Of a stretch of 64,000 bases of DNA, positions 23,709 through 36,231 are shown piece by piece. This stretch comes from Sphaerodactylus townsendi (Eukaryota): the NCBI RefSeq assembly GCF_021028975.2, contig NC_059435.1, positions 54,994,001-55,058,000 of the forward strand. Direction: 5' to 3'. Position 1 is the first letter of the stretch; each line of letters starts with the position of its first letter. Below the pieces are notes generated by a model. The model was not told where the DNA came from. It made no database searches and saw nothing but the letters and a program-made list of their open reading frames with translations. The translations under genes and the position numbers were made by a program.

Positions 23709-24059
23709 TGTCAGACTCTCGAACGTGGAAATAACAGAGACCGTAGGAAAGTCCAAAAGCTGTTTATTCCTTGCGAAGAGTAACAATGTAAAGCAGGATC
23801 TGAGCTAGAGAGCTCAGATCCAGGACCTATATCCTTTAATTCCCCAGTTTCGCCCCACACCAAATGTCCACTACAGTTTCTACAACAATTGTACTACAGA
23901 GCTTCAAAGAACCTGGGAACCTTTCACACTTCTTTGTAGATGGGCTGGCGCCAGGAGGTTGCCAGGAAGGGAAGAGGGAAACAGGAAAGCATTTACAGGA
24001 AAACATTTGCAATTCACACACAGAAAGACATCTAGGTACTGACAGGCATGGTCCTGACA
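23709..24059 (-). mobile_element. Solo LTR (351 bp)
   Basis: Termini tgtcag...ctgaca; perfect 5-bp TSD aatag; minus-strand TATA-like (~23828) and AATAAA (23763-23768). Confidence 0.88.
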
Positions 24060-24114
24060 AATAGAAGGTTAATAGAATTTTTACCTCCATACCATTTGTC
24101 AATTTCCTCACTTG

Positions 24115-24416
24115 AACCCAGTGTGGTGTAATGGTTAACAACAGGTGCACTCTAATCTGGAGACCTGGATTTGATTTCCCACTCTGCCACTTGAGCTGTG
24201 GAGCTGTGGTGAAACAGGTTAGCTTGTGCACTCCAACACATGCCAGTTGGGTGACCTTGGGCTAGTCACAGTTCTTCGGAGCTCTCTCAGCCCCACTCAC
24301 CTCACAGGGTGTTTGTTATGGCGGGGGGAGGAAAAGAAGCTTGTAAGCCCCTTTGAGTCTCCTTACAGGAGTGGAAGGGGGGGGGTATAAATGCAAACTC
24401 TTCTTCCTTTTCTTCT
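24115..24416 (+). mobile_element. Squam3-like SINE
   Basis: tggtgtaatggtt A box, ggatttgatttccc B box, CORE region and ttc-rich tail. Confidence 0.88.
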
Positions 24417-24433
24417 ATTAAAAGAGGAAGACA

Positions 24434-24928
24434 CCAGAGGTGGGATACAGCAGGTTCTCACCAGTTCCCGAGAGTGGGTTACTAATTATTTGTGTGTGCC
24501 GAGAGGAGGTTACTAATTGGGTCCGCTTTTCCATCTCCATGCCCTCGCCTGCCCGAGAGGCATACTGCCTTTGAATGTGAAGGTTCCATATAGCAATTGC
24601 GACTAATAATGTAACTCCCTGAACTGGGTTAATCCCTTTCAGGTACTGCAATTCATTGATTCTCAGCCTTTCGTACCTTTTATCTTACTAGTCTCTATCA
24701 AAGAACCTGTGTGTTTTACCATTGCTGTGTTCAGATTTGTGAGTTGGGGCATTTTCTATAATGTGATGATGATTTAGAAATGACCTGGTGCAAAAAAATG
24801 TGGTGGGGGGGCTCCAACTCAGGTTTTGCCCAGGGTTCAGGTTTGCCTAGGTACGCCTCTGCCCCCTTTGCTGGGGGGGGGGGACTGACGAGGGAACCTG
24901 TTACTAAAATTTTTGGATCCCACCACTG
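24434..24928. mobile_element. hAT non-autonomous element
   Basis: TIRs cagaggtgggat / atcccaccactg; TSD gaagacac / gaagaccc; related to 49062-49453 in the opposite orientation. Confidence 0.85.
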
Positions 24929-25877
24929 GAAGACCCCTCCCCCAAGTTAACAACTGTAAAACATGGTGGTGCTATACAAACAATATATATAACTGTGACA
25001 ATAATTTAAGCTTCTACCCTAAATTTTCCTGCAAATAAACTGCTGCTGTTCTTTCATCTTGAATGAATGGTGGGAGCACATCTTTCCCAGTGATATATGG
25101 TGATCCCTGCAGTGATTGGGGGACATCTTCTTGCTGATGCTCGGTATGTGCCAAGTCTAAATAGCAATCTGCAGCAGTGTTTTTGATGGCTGTTCCACAT
25201 CCACCCAAGGGTCATCTGGAACACCTCTTCATTTGGAAGGTTTGTTACCCAGAAGAATGGGCCTTTAAAAGTGTCAAAGTAGTTTGATTATTTGTTTTCA
25301 AAAGTTATTAGCTGACTTTAGCTTATGTGGCAATAATAATAAGTTGAACTCCTGAAACAGAAAATATCAGGGAAACAAGTAACATGAGTGAGCAAGACGA
25401 TAGCACCACATAAAGATGAAGCCAGCAAAAGCACATGCTTGTGGGAAGATTCTTGGACCCAGCTACAGGTCAGGGATACCAGTTTCCAAGAATTTTAGGA
25501 AAATTGGAAGAAAGCCAGGTGAATAGGCATGCTTCCTGACTGGCTCAAGGTGTGAAGGATAAAAGTTCTAAGTCCTGGGAAACTTTTCAGATATGGAAAG
25601 TGTGGAAAATTCCAATGGTAAAAAGGAAGTGTGTAAACATGGAAATGTGATAAGAGTTCCACAATCCAAAGATCACTCGGACTGAACATTTCTTAGTGGG
25701 GAATGTTCATGTGGGCTTGTGTTCTTCGAGAGACTGGAGTTCTGATTGTTCTCTGATTAATTACTGAGAATTCTTTATTAATATAATGAAGACTAGGTAT
25801 GGGATTTCTGTCTGGGCTGCTGTTGTTTCCAATGAGTATGAAAAGGTCAATGAGTAGTCCCATTCCTCTCCTGGCAG

Positions 25878-26095
25878 TAGAGTTGCCAGGTCTAAGTTGG
25901 GAGAAACCTGGAGATTTTTGGGGTGCAGTCTGCAGAAAGCAGGGCGTGGAGAAGGGAGGCACTTCAGCGAAGCATGCTAGCATATAGTCCACTTTCCAAA
26001 GCGACCATTTTCTCCAGGCCATTTTCTGTGTTGCTTGGAGATCACTTGTAGTCCCTAGAGATCTCCAGCTACCATCTGAAGAACATCAACCTTAC
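25878..26095 (-). mobile_element. AGGGTTGCCA-family repeat
   Basis: Reverse-complement similarity to the 15247 and 28565 copies (ccaaagcgaccattttctccagg). Confidence 0.6.
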
Positions 26096-26321
26096 CTAAC
26101 AGTCTTCCTTTTTTGGTACCAGTGGCCAGAAATCTCTGCTTCTTGGCTACCAACTGCTCTTGGAGTTTATCATCTGCAATGGTGAACAGTGAGCATAGTG
26201 TAGTGGTTAGGGTGTTCCACTGGGATGTAGAAATTCCTGTTCTAGTCTCTAGTCATCCAGTGGAGACATTACTGAGTGTCCTTGGGCCAGTCATTGAGCT
26301 CCTTGGCAAAAGACCAGATGT

Positions 26322-26406
26322 GTATATATATATTTAAGCATAGAAATATTGAAATATCTATATCTATATATATCTATATCTATCTATATCTATATCTATA
26401 TCTATA

Positions 26407-26447
<41 letters not shown>
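26322..26447. repeat. Compound microsatellite (TA)n / (TATATC)n / (TC)n next to the gap
   Basis: Directly visible. Confidence 0.9.
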
Positions 26448-26448
<1 letters not shown>

Positions 26449-26455
26449 GGAAAGG

Positions 26456-26601
26456 NNNNNNNNNNNNNNNNNNNNNNNNNNNNNNNNNNNNNNNNNNNNN
26501 NNNNNNNNNNNNNNNNNNNNNNNNNNNNNNNNNNNNNNNNNNNNNNNNNNNNNNNNNNNNNNNNNNNNNNNNNNNNNNNNNNNNNNNNNNNNNNNNNNNN
26601 N
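26456..26601. other. Assembly gap (146 N)
   Basis: Run of N. Confidence 1.
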
Positions 26602-27269
26602 TAAAAGTGAAAAGCAAAATAAACTATTGCTTTTTGCCTAGGTGATGGACAGTAGCTGGCAGACATTTGTGAATATCTTTCTCATGTAAGTGGTGTTAAT
26701 TGGAAGCCTGTATAGATTTAGGGGGAAGTAATGGCATCATTAGCTGAGCTCTGTGTCTTAGTCACATGTGTCCTCTTCAGTGAAGTGTTGTCCAGTGGAA
26801 CCAATTAGGAGAAATAAATTCATAAAGCAACAAATCTTCAAAAAATAAGATGGGGAAATGGAAACCTCTCTAATCACAGCCCTGTCCCTGATCTGTGCCT
26901 GATCTGTGTGTTTTGTAATTCTTTTCTTTTTTTTAATAAAAGAACCCCACACTCATTCACAGAAAGTAAATTGGGCAGTAATGAACATATCAAATATATT
27001 TGTAAATCAATTCACTTGTCTTGACATTTTCTTGACACTTTTCTTGACATTTGATAGAAGCTTCTGACCATATTCCAAATATATAGCAATAGCTACTAGG
27101 AGTCCATTTGTGGAGAAAAGAAAGGTAATAGCACCTTAAATAAACCCCCTTTCTTCTCCAATTTTCCTTTAGGGACCATGTGCTTTTATGTTACAGGAAA
27201 ATCATGCAGTTTATGGGGCTTTGAATCTTCTGGAGTCTTTTCAGAGACAAACCAGAATAGAATAAGGGA

Positions 27270-27608
27270 AAGAGCTATGACTCAGTGGTAGAGTATATAC
27301 GTTGCACACAGAAAGTCCCAAAGTCAATTCCCAAAATATCTAATCAGGTTGTAGGCAATGGTGGAATTCAAATAATTTAACAACCAGTTCCGGTGGTGGG
27401 ATTCAAATAATTTAACAATTGGTTGTTTACAAGCACCACTTCAACAACCGGTTCTGCCGAAGTGTTACTTGCTGAATCCCACCGCTGGTTGTAGGTGATG
27501 TGAAAGACCCCTGCCTCAGACCCTGAACTGCTGCCAACAGTCAGAGTAAGCAATGCTGATAGATTGGTGGCATGACTCAGCATAAGGCAGCTTCATGTTT
27601 ATGTGTTC
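27270..27608 (+). mobile_element. tRNA-Ala-like SINE (Squam2-like) with nested MITE
   Basis: ctcagtggtagag...cagaaagtccca head; gtgatgtgaaagacc body; taaggcagcttcatgt tail. Confidence 0.75.
27356..27487. mobile_element. hAT MITE with duplicated left end
   Basis: Perfect 8-bp TSD gttgtagg; termini caatggtggaattca / tgaatcccaccgctg; sibling at 50572. Confidence 0.88.
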
Positions 27609-27854
27609 AATGAAAGGTGGAAAGTAGAAGGTACTTGCCCAACAGAGCTCATTGTCCCTTGATGCTCTCTGACCGAAACTAAATTAGCCTAATATTTTAC
27701 CACAACACAGGCTTATAGTGTCATATGATGATAAGGCTTTTTCCTTCCAGATTGATTGTTTTTGGTCCCTTAATTAATCTCTTTCTCTCTCCCACCCCTC
27801 TCTTTCTCTTATTGTTTCCTGCTCTTTTGACATCAGGTTGAAAAGAAAATCTAA

Positions 27855-28072
27855 GATCTATTTGTGGCTACTAGCCATGGTGACTAAAGGTAACTCTACA
27901 CTCACAGGCAATAAAGCTCTAAATACCAGTGCTAGAAGGTAACATCAGGGGAATGCCTCAGCCTTTATGCCCTGTGGTTGGACCTCCAGAGGAACTTGTT
28001 GGCCACTGCATAAGACAGGATCCAGGACTAGATGGACAATGGTCTGATCCAACAAGGCTCGTCTTATGTTCC
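27855..28072 (+). mobile_element. CR1-type LINE 3' UTR fragment
   Basis: ggactagatggac..tggtctgatcca..aaggctc.tcttatgttc end; reverse sibling at 60325-60520. Confidence 0.7.
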
Positions 28073-28219
28073 TAATTTTGTTTAGCTAAACAGCTGTTGT
28101 TGGAAGTTTCTTTCATTAGAGGGATTGAGTTATCCTGAGTTATTGCAATATTCTTTTATTATTTTGTAAGCAGCTTTCAGTGTGGTAAAAATTAAAAATA
28201 AATAAATATAATTAAGACA

Positions 28220-28430
28220 GGTTGTCCTAGATTCTAATCTAAAGAACAGAGTTAGATTCCCTAGTCCTCTACAGGAAATCTGCTGGGTTACCTTGGGCCA
28301 CTTACAGTTGTCTCAGAACTCTATCAATCCATGCAGAGGTGGGAAATGGAAAACCACCTCTGGATGTCTCTTGCCTTGGAAACCCTACAGGGTCACCATA
28401 AGTCAGCTGTGGCTTGACAAAACTTTCCAC
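28220..28430 (+). mobile_element. SINE, tRNA-derived head with BovB/Sauria-type tail
   Basis: ctaatct..agaac...ctgctgggttaccttgggcc then aaaccacctctg...gggtcaccataagtcagctgtggcttgac. Confidence 0.72.
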
Positions 28431-29332
28431 TGCTACATACTAAATGTGGTGGAAGGGACCCATGAATATGTATTTGAGTGTCTCTGTGTTCACATCTGAA
28501 TCAGGTGTGTCTATTTTTGGACCAGAATGGAGCATGTGGGGAAATGATAAAAAGCTGTCTTTCTGGGGTTGCCAGCTTCCAGGTGGGGTCTGGAGATTTC
28601 CCAGGGTTGATTTTTAGACTACATAGATAATTTCACCTGGAGAAAATGGCTGCTTTGGAGGGTAGAGTCAATAATAGAGTCAATCCCCACAGATGTCTCT
28701 TCTCTCCCCAAACTTAAGCCCACACTTTATAGTATTAAAATTGCTCTGGGAAGAAAGCCACGCAGGCATCAGAGTAAAGTACTTTAAGACACTAGGAGGG
28801 TCAGGGTTTAGCTCCCTTTGCCTGAACATTTCCTTTGTATTAAAACAAACCTCTTCCAAACATTCTTCATATATGAATGAGCAGACTTGTATCAGTTTAT
28901 TTGTTTAAAATCCCAAAACCTCATTATTTTTGTTAGATCTTGTTCAAGCCCACTACCTTTTTTTGCTGTGATTGCCAAATGCTTTCCTGCATTTTCTATG
29001 CAAGTGAGAAATTAAATTGGCTACAAAACAGGAACACATTCTTTGTGTCTAAAATTTGGCAGGAAGGGTACCTTGGCTAATTGTGAAAGAATTCATCCAA
29101 ACTGAGCAGAAAACGGTGAGAAGTCTCAAATGTGTTTCCTGTTGAAAGCACTAAAAAATAAAATAAAATGACTGCACGTGATAACAAAAGCTAAAATGAA
29201 CTGAAAACAAGCAAAATTTTATGCATGTGGATAATGGCACAGATCATATAGTGGAGAAATTATGAGCTGAGAGATCCAAATTCAAATCCTCACTCTGCCA
29301 TAGAAGTTCAGTGGGTGGCTGAGGACCAGTCA

Positions 29333-29617
29333 ATTCAATAAGCCTTTATTGGCATATACACGATAGTATAAAAATACAGTTCCAGTTAAAAAGTGAATAG
29401 TAAAAAACTTCACGTTTGTCATACATTCAGTTTACAAACTTCTGACAAAAACTTTCCCACTATAAGGCAACAATGAAAATCCTGACAATTTAAAAGCATA
29501 ACTACTTTATCTGATTCAGTATAATCAATCATAGAGTCTATGGCTTGGGATAACAGACTGGATCGGAGTTCTTGGTATAACAAGCAGTTCAGGAGAATGT
29601 GTGGGATGGAAGCCTAA
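29333..29617 (-). mobile_element. RTE-X-like LINE 3' fragment inserted in a MIR-like SINE
   Basis: Minus strand encodes IPHILLNCLLYQELR (C-terminal Zn-knuckle-like), ends in atgccaataaaggc; 9-bp TSD gaccagtca (29324-29332, 29618-29626). Confidence 0.7.
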
Positions 29618-32600
29618 GACCAGTCACTACCCCTTCTTCAGCCTAACCTGTAGGGATGCTCTATCTAGGATCCAGAGTTACAGTTTATCTTCAGACTGTT
29701 TTTTCAGTCCCCCTGGTTACATTGGATGCTTTGGAGGGTGGAGTCTATGGCGCTATACCCCACTGAGGTCCCTGTCTTCCCCAGGGAGTTGACTCCTGCA
29801 ATCCCTGTCAGAGACAAGGGGGATTTGACAACCCTACTGGATTGTTGTTGTGAAGATAAAATGAAGATAAAATGAAGATAGACGAATGATGTTGTGTCCC
29901 CACTGGGAAGAAAGTAAGGAACATATTTGTAAGTATGTAAATGTCTACAGCTTGTATTATATTTTTACAATTGCTTCAGTATCCCATTATTATGACAATA
30001 AAACATGCTCTAATATTCCTGTTTTTAGCAAGTAAGGTGGTGTACCATGAGTTCTAACGGTACATTCTCACATCCTGTAGTGAGGCTCAAAAGTCTATCC
30101 AAGGCCAGTGTGAGCACCATAGAACACTCTGGAATCCAGTCCAATGACTTGTGTCCTAGAACCATTCCAGAAGCACGACTGGCTCTAATGTAAACACTTT
30201 AAAGCAATTCTGCATTTCTCTCCAATGTGCACATCTGTGACAGATGTGTAGGGTTACCCAAAAAGAATAATCAATGAGGAAAGAATTCCCCAAAGCTATA
30301 CAATGTTACAACCAGTGTTCTCAAAATATCTGCCTTGCACCCAGTGTCTGTATCCTAGTAGCCTTGCACAGTTTGTGGAATAAAAGATTAAAATGAGTTC
30401 ACAAGCAGCAAGCACTTCCTCTGCTGTTCATGATTCATTTTCTGTATGAATGCACTCTATTCCAAAGTGATGTGATTAAAGAGTAGCCATTCATTTTTAA
30501 ATACAGAAATTGACTACATTTACTTTTTTTTTCAAACAGAAGGAGGTATTGAAGTGAATTGCAATTGGAATGAACATTTAAGATAGCAGTATTTCTGTAC
30601 AGAGAAAGAGCACACTGGAACTTCAAACACAGCACTCCTAAATTAGGCTAATGTATGTATTTTATTCCAAAGAAGCCAAGCAATAAAATCCTTGAAGCAA
30701 GCATTACCATAAGGTAATTGACTGTATCTGCAAGTTAAATGTTCCAAGGAAAAGGCAAAGGTACTTCCAATTGTCAAGGTCAGTTATTCCCTGCCTGCAT
30801 CACTTTTCAGGAGTAATACTATCAGTGTGAGGAACTTCCATCCCAAAACATAACTGAAGATATAAGGAATACCTAGGCTTGGTCAATACCTTATATATTC
30901 AGTAAAATTTGGATTTGGGCTTTAGACACATTCTTTGTGTCTAAAATTTGGCAGGAAGGGTACCTTGGCATAAAAGGATCTGTATGCCCGAATAAGCCCA
31001 AATACCAGATTCGGTATGCCCGAATATATTCGGATATCCGAAAATATTTGGATTCATCTGATTTTTTTCACATTTTGGCCTGCATGTGCCTGTCAGGGGC
31101 GCATTTTTAAAGCTAGCAGCAGGAAATTAGGCACTCCTACCCTGAGCAAGAACCCCCAGAGCCCTCCCAATCCTCCATAACGCCAGGTTTTGGAGGATTT
31201 TTTTACTTTCTTGGTTAATGAAAAATCACATCTTTCTGCTTAGAGTCCCCCAAGTGTGCAGAAATGTTGCCCTTTCTGTGGGTGGTTTGGTGTTGCTGTT
31301 TACGTGCAATGAGGTCTTTGCTGCTGGTGATCTTGGTGTGTGGGTGGATTGATGTCTTCTATTCATTAGCACTTGAATTGAGATTCATGGATAATTAATG
31401 GTGCATTTTATCTGTTCCTGTGAGAAGCCACCTTTTTTGAATAGAAATTAATAGGCATATATAAGTTTTAAGCATTATTTGATAAGTGTTAAGTAAGAGA
31501 ATTAAAGATAAGCTATAGATTAGGAAATAAAACCATAAGCCATAAAATAGGTCATAAGCTAAGGCAGAATGTAAGAATAATATTGTTTAGAAAAGAAAAA
31601 GTTATGCTATAAAGTGTTTGGTTAAGTTAAGAAGTGCCTTATATTGCCAGTATTAAATTTAATTTGTTTGAGATCTTTATGCCACTATTGTAAAAAGTAA
31701 TGACTTGCAATTTGCCTTCAGTAGTTCAATTTGCCTTCAATAGTTTTTGGCAAGGGGTTCCAAGACTGTTGTGAATTTTGCAAGGAATTCTGCCTGAAAC
31801 GTCTATTGTGGTCAGCTGGCGACAATATAAGCCCACCTAACCACCAACGCTGATATGACTATGGAATCATTGTACTGCATATTATGTCCTTGAATAAGAC
31901 ATGACCGAGAGAAACCTTAGGTTGATTTACATACAGAAGGCTGGTTGGAGATGAGCTCACTGTGGTCAGGTGTTAAGACTGTCCGGCAGAAAGATCGAGA
32001 GAAAACCTCCTGACATAACTGAATGTGAAAGCCACACTTTCACATTTGCTTGAATTTAAAGGCATTTGTTAAAGCTGTCAGCTGTGATGATGCATACTCC
32101 ATCTACAGCTTTTTTAAAAATAAAAGGAGTGCACTTAGTGCCTAGAGAGGGAGTTAATGCTGGAATAGACCCCCCTTTTCCTTATATTTCTGGAAGGGAA
32201 AGGGATAGAGACTTAATTTTAAAAAATGAAAGATGAGAATCCAGAGAACCTGCTACGCCTATTGTTAAAATGGTGTATTGATATGGCAATTTCTAGGGGT
32301 GATTTAAAAAAAAAAAGCCCTCATTGTCAGGGGGAGGGAAAGGCTGTCTTGGGGGGAGGGCCAGGGAAAATGACTATCATGTGGGTCAGAGAATTCAAAT
32401 TTTCCTAACTACACAGCCCCCATGCAGGCTTTACTGTGATCTTCCGCAAAACTTTGGTAGAAATCAGGTTTGAGAAAGATCAGAGAAAAGCAGGGGAAAT
32501 ACCAAGGGTGCACAAATGTACTGCAATAATGTGCGGAAGCAGGGGGGAAAGCCCCTGCTTCCCAAAAGCCTAGAACTCGAGGCATATAACTAGTGTGGGA

Positions 32601-34142
32601 ATGGTTCAAATAAAACACTGCAGGTTTTTAAAGAAATTGCCCCAACATTTTCAGAGGAAGGAGTTGTTAGTGTACATTACTTTGTTCATTCTTTGGTTAT
32701 TGTCCATAATTTAAGTATGCTGAAAATTAGAAACCTTCTGTATTATGGCACAGGCAGGACAGTACAAGACTGATGGCTAAGAAGCTTCTATCATGATTTG
32801 AGAGAGAACTATGTCCTGATACTGCATCAACACCCTCATCTTCTGCTTCTGCATAAGCATGGGGAAAGTTGTGTAAGGAATATTGGGAAGCAGGAAAGGA
32901 ACACTCAGAACGGATAGACTAAAAGGAAAGAAATATTGGATATCAAAAGGAAAACTTCTCCCAACTACTATTGGGACCTAATGATGGAAAAGATGTAGCT
33001 GTTACTATTTTTAAACGTTCTCGGGTGCTATAATTTTCACTTACCCAGAATACCATAATTCCTGACCCCCTAACCCAGATATTTCATTTTTAATAAGTTC
33101 AATTAATTTTTCAATTATCTGGAATGAGTGGAGAGGAAAATGGAAGCAGGGGATGGGGAACAAGCTTGTTACAGAAATATGAAGAGAACTGTCACTTTTT
33201 AAATTGGCACTGGCTTCCTGTAAGGCAAAGCTCTCTCTGAGCAACTTTGACAAGCGCCCGCCCTAGCCCTCATATCAGAGTGCTGTTGTTGTCAAGAAGA
33301 TAATTATAACAAATATACAGACAGGGCTCTTAGATGCTTTCATACTGAAGGACCATTTATGAGCTCTCAACTGGCCAACTTTGCTTTTGTAAGCAAGTGG
33401 AGGCCTTTGGAAGTAAGGCATGAGCAATAGAAACAAGAAAGCATTGTAGCCATCACAGAGACTGGTGGAGGAATGACCACCAAATCAATTCTGTACGATA
33501 TTTTAAGACAAGATGCATTCCTTAGCAAAGGCTTAATGTTCATCTGTTTGTACATATCATGGTGCATTTCTGAGTCCAATATATGCCAAAAAGTAGTTTT
33601 TAAAAAATATCCTAACAGTTCTCTCTGTAGCCCTGTTCACATTACAATGAATGCATGTACAACCTCTGCAGAATGTACACTTGATTTTTCTTTATTACAA
33701 GAGCTGAGTAATTTTAATATACTGTTCAATTGGTGATTCATATCCAACATGTATTCAGGTATAGATCACTAGTTTCATTTGTAAAGTGAAGGCATATTTG
33801 GTTTCTCCTAAAAGTAAATATATGAAAGTACATGCAAGGCATGCTTGAGCTGACTGTAATATGTGAACAGAGACACTGTCTTTCTCGCTAGGGCGAATTC
33901 TAATTTCTGTCTATGGTAGTTATTTCATAATGCAGCATGTGGGACACATTGGCATAGTAAGAAATAAGGAGGCTTCCTCAGTTTGTGCAAAACACATTAA
34001 ATACTGATCTATGCAATCTGGATTCACATTCAGGTTTGGCCACGGACTCATCTAGGTAGTAGTGTGGCCAGAGCTTTTGTGAAACCCTAGAGCACTGCAC
34101 CAATGTGATAATACATGTGATAAAATGTAGAAGCATCAGTTT

Positions 34143-34283
34143 GGCCCCTTCCGCACACGCAGAATAATGCATTTTCAAACCACTTTCACAACTGTTTGCA
34201 AGTGGATTTTGCTATTCCACACAGCTTCAAAGAGCATTGAAAGCAGTTTGAAAGTGCATTATTCTGCATGTGCGGAATGAGCC
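34143..34283. mobile_element. Harbinger-like palindromic MITE
   Basis: ggccccttccgcacacgcagaataatgca...tgcattattctgcatgtgcggaatgagcc; TTT on both flanks. Confidence 0.88.
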
Positions 34284-34413
34284 TTTATTTTGCTCATCCC
34301 CACCCTGTACAACTCCTGCCTACTGCCAGCAGTCCGATCACAACTCTACTAGGTAATATTATCATCCTCTCTGTAAAACAGGCTCATGGTTAGTAGATTT
34401 TTTCATTATTAAT

Positions 34414-34768
34414 GGCTCTTTCCGCAGTGCGGAAAGGGCGCTTCCCCACCGGCAGGAATTCTGCCTGTGGAGGGGTGGGGGCCATTTGCACGAGAGCGTG
34501 CGAGCGGCCCCCAAAGAGGCCGGCTCACCCTCTCCCACTCACCTCGTCGCTTCCATCGCCCTGCTGGCCTCCTAAGACCCGCCCACGCTGCCCTCCGACC
34601 TCCAGAGGTCGGAGGACAGTGAGGGAGGGTCTTAGGAGACCAGCAGGGCGACGGAGGCGACGAGGTGAGTGGGAGAGGGACGGGGAAAACAGCACATTCT
34701 CGGCGGTGCAGTTTGCACCGCGCCGCCGGGAATGCGCTGTTTACCAAAAACCTCCCTCCAGGAGGTTT
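34414..34768. mobile_element. CpG-rich Harbinger-like element with a long central hairpin, right end missing
   Basis: Left TIR-like ggctctttccgca; inverted repeat 34528-34679; same architecture as 62680-63210. Confidence 0.7.
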
Positions 34769-34978
34769 AATGGGAGTGTGGGAGTGTGTGTGTGACACAC
34801 CCTGTAGGGGTGTGGTGTTAATGGGAGTGTGTGTGACACACCCTGTAGGGGTGTGGTGAGGGCGTTCTGTGGGCATGGCAGGGATGTTCTGGGGGCATGG
34901 TGGGGGCGTTCCAGGGCAGGATGGGGTGCAAAGGATGCACCAGTGCACCGGGTGCTTTCCCCCCTTGCTACGCCTCTG
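34769..34978. mobile_element. hAT-like fragment with a ~40-bp tandem duplication
   Basis: Ends in gctacgcctctg (CAGAGGCGTAG terminus); gtgtgacacaccctgtaggggtgtggtg occurs twice. Confidence 0.55.
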
Positions 34979-35582
34979 CTTCAAGCTAAGTGCTTACAGT
35001 GCCAAATTCCCTAACTTCATGTTGCTGTCTGTGCTACTGTACATTAGGAATCCTTCCTATCAATCCTTACATCGACTTTAATCATGGGTACTTTCATTGC
35101 TTCCAAAAGTGAAATTCCTTTAATCTTGCTGTTTGAAATATGAAAGTGGGGATGTTCTTGGGGAGTGCTGTGGGTACCCTGATTTTTTTCCCACTTTGAA
35201 TGAAAGACTATGAAGATGTAGGCACAAAGGGGGCATTGCAACCAATGGCAAATAACAATCATGAAACAAAACTGTGATAACAAAACCACAATAACAAAAT
35301 ATACCATATAAAACAATAATTAACAGTCTGTTTTGGAATTAATAACAAACATCAAACAAACTTCCATGGTTAAGTCTAATAGTGAGCCTTACAGAGAAAT
35401 TGTTAAAATAAATGCATTTTTGCTGTATACAAAGAGATGAACTAACAAAAGTAAATAATCCCTGTGTTAGAGAGTTAGGATCAAGGACTTGAGAACATTA
35501 AAAGGAGAGGGCTTTCATGGCTGGAATCACTGGGGTGCTGTGTGGTTTCCGGGCTGTATGGCCGTGTTCTAGCAGCATTCTC

Positions 35583-35625
35583 TCCTGACATTTCGCCTGC
35601 ATCTGTGGCTAGCATCTTCAGAAGA
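35583..35625 (-). ncRNA. Minimal hammerhead ribozyme core (PLE)
   Basis: Minus strand: tctt-CTGAAGA-tgct...ggc-GAAAT-GTC-agga. Confidence 0.65.
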
Positions 35626-35907
35626 TCTGATAGAAGGAATGGAAAGCAACTGGAGTATATATACTGTGAGGTCAAAAGATCAGCTCCACACAAACACAGG
35701 ACAACTATAGGCAATAGCAATCAAAGGAAACAAAGACCAGGATACTTCTATTCAGATGCATTCACCTATTGACCTTGCTATCTTCATTGTTACTCCCAGG
35801 CTACAGACTTCTTTGTGACTCACATACCAGGCTACTCTATTCAGAGGGTCTCACCTTTTGACCTCACAGTATATATACTCCACTTGCTTTCCATTCCTAC
35901 TATCAGA

Positions 35908-35950
35908 TCCTCTGAAGATGCCAGCCACAGATGCAGGCGAAACGTCAAGA
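35908..35950 (+). ncRNA. Minimal hammerhead ribozyme core (PLE)
   Basis: tcct-CTGAAGA-t-gcc...ggc-GAAAC-GTC-aaga; palindromic ACGT in helix III; GUC cleavage triplet. Confidence 0.7.
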
Positions 35951-36231
35951 GAGAATGCTGCTAGAACACAGCCATACAGCCCGGAAACCACACAGCACCC
36001 CATTAAAAGGAGAATTAGTGCATTGTTATATGACTGCTATCTGAACATATAGGTACCGAGCCAGAGGAAATTAATTCAAAACTGAAATTAATGGAACTTT
36101 AATCACAAGTGTTGGTTTCAAGAGGTCTTAACTTTGGCTAACTTTCTCAGGATTGGATCCATTGTATGCTATGTAAAGCATTTAGTTCTTGTATTTTATA
36201 TTCTGTTAAGTTAAAGGATACTTAAAGGGAA

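Larger units (their letters stand above)
35509..36000. mobile_element. Penelope-like insertion with inverted pLTR arms
   Basis: 148-bp inverted arms 35531-35678 and 35855-36002; 13-bp TSD cattaaaaggaga (35496-35508, 36001-36013). Confidence 0.9.
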
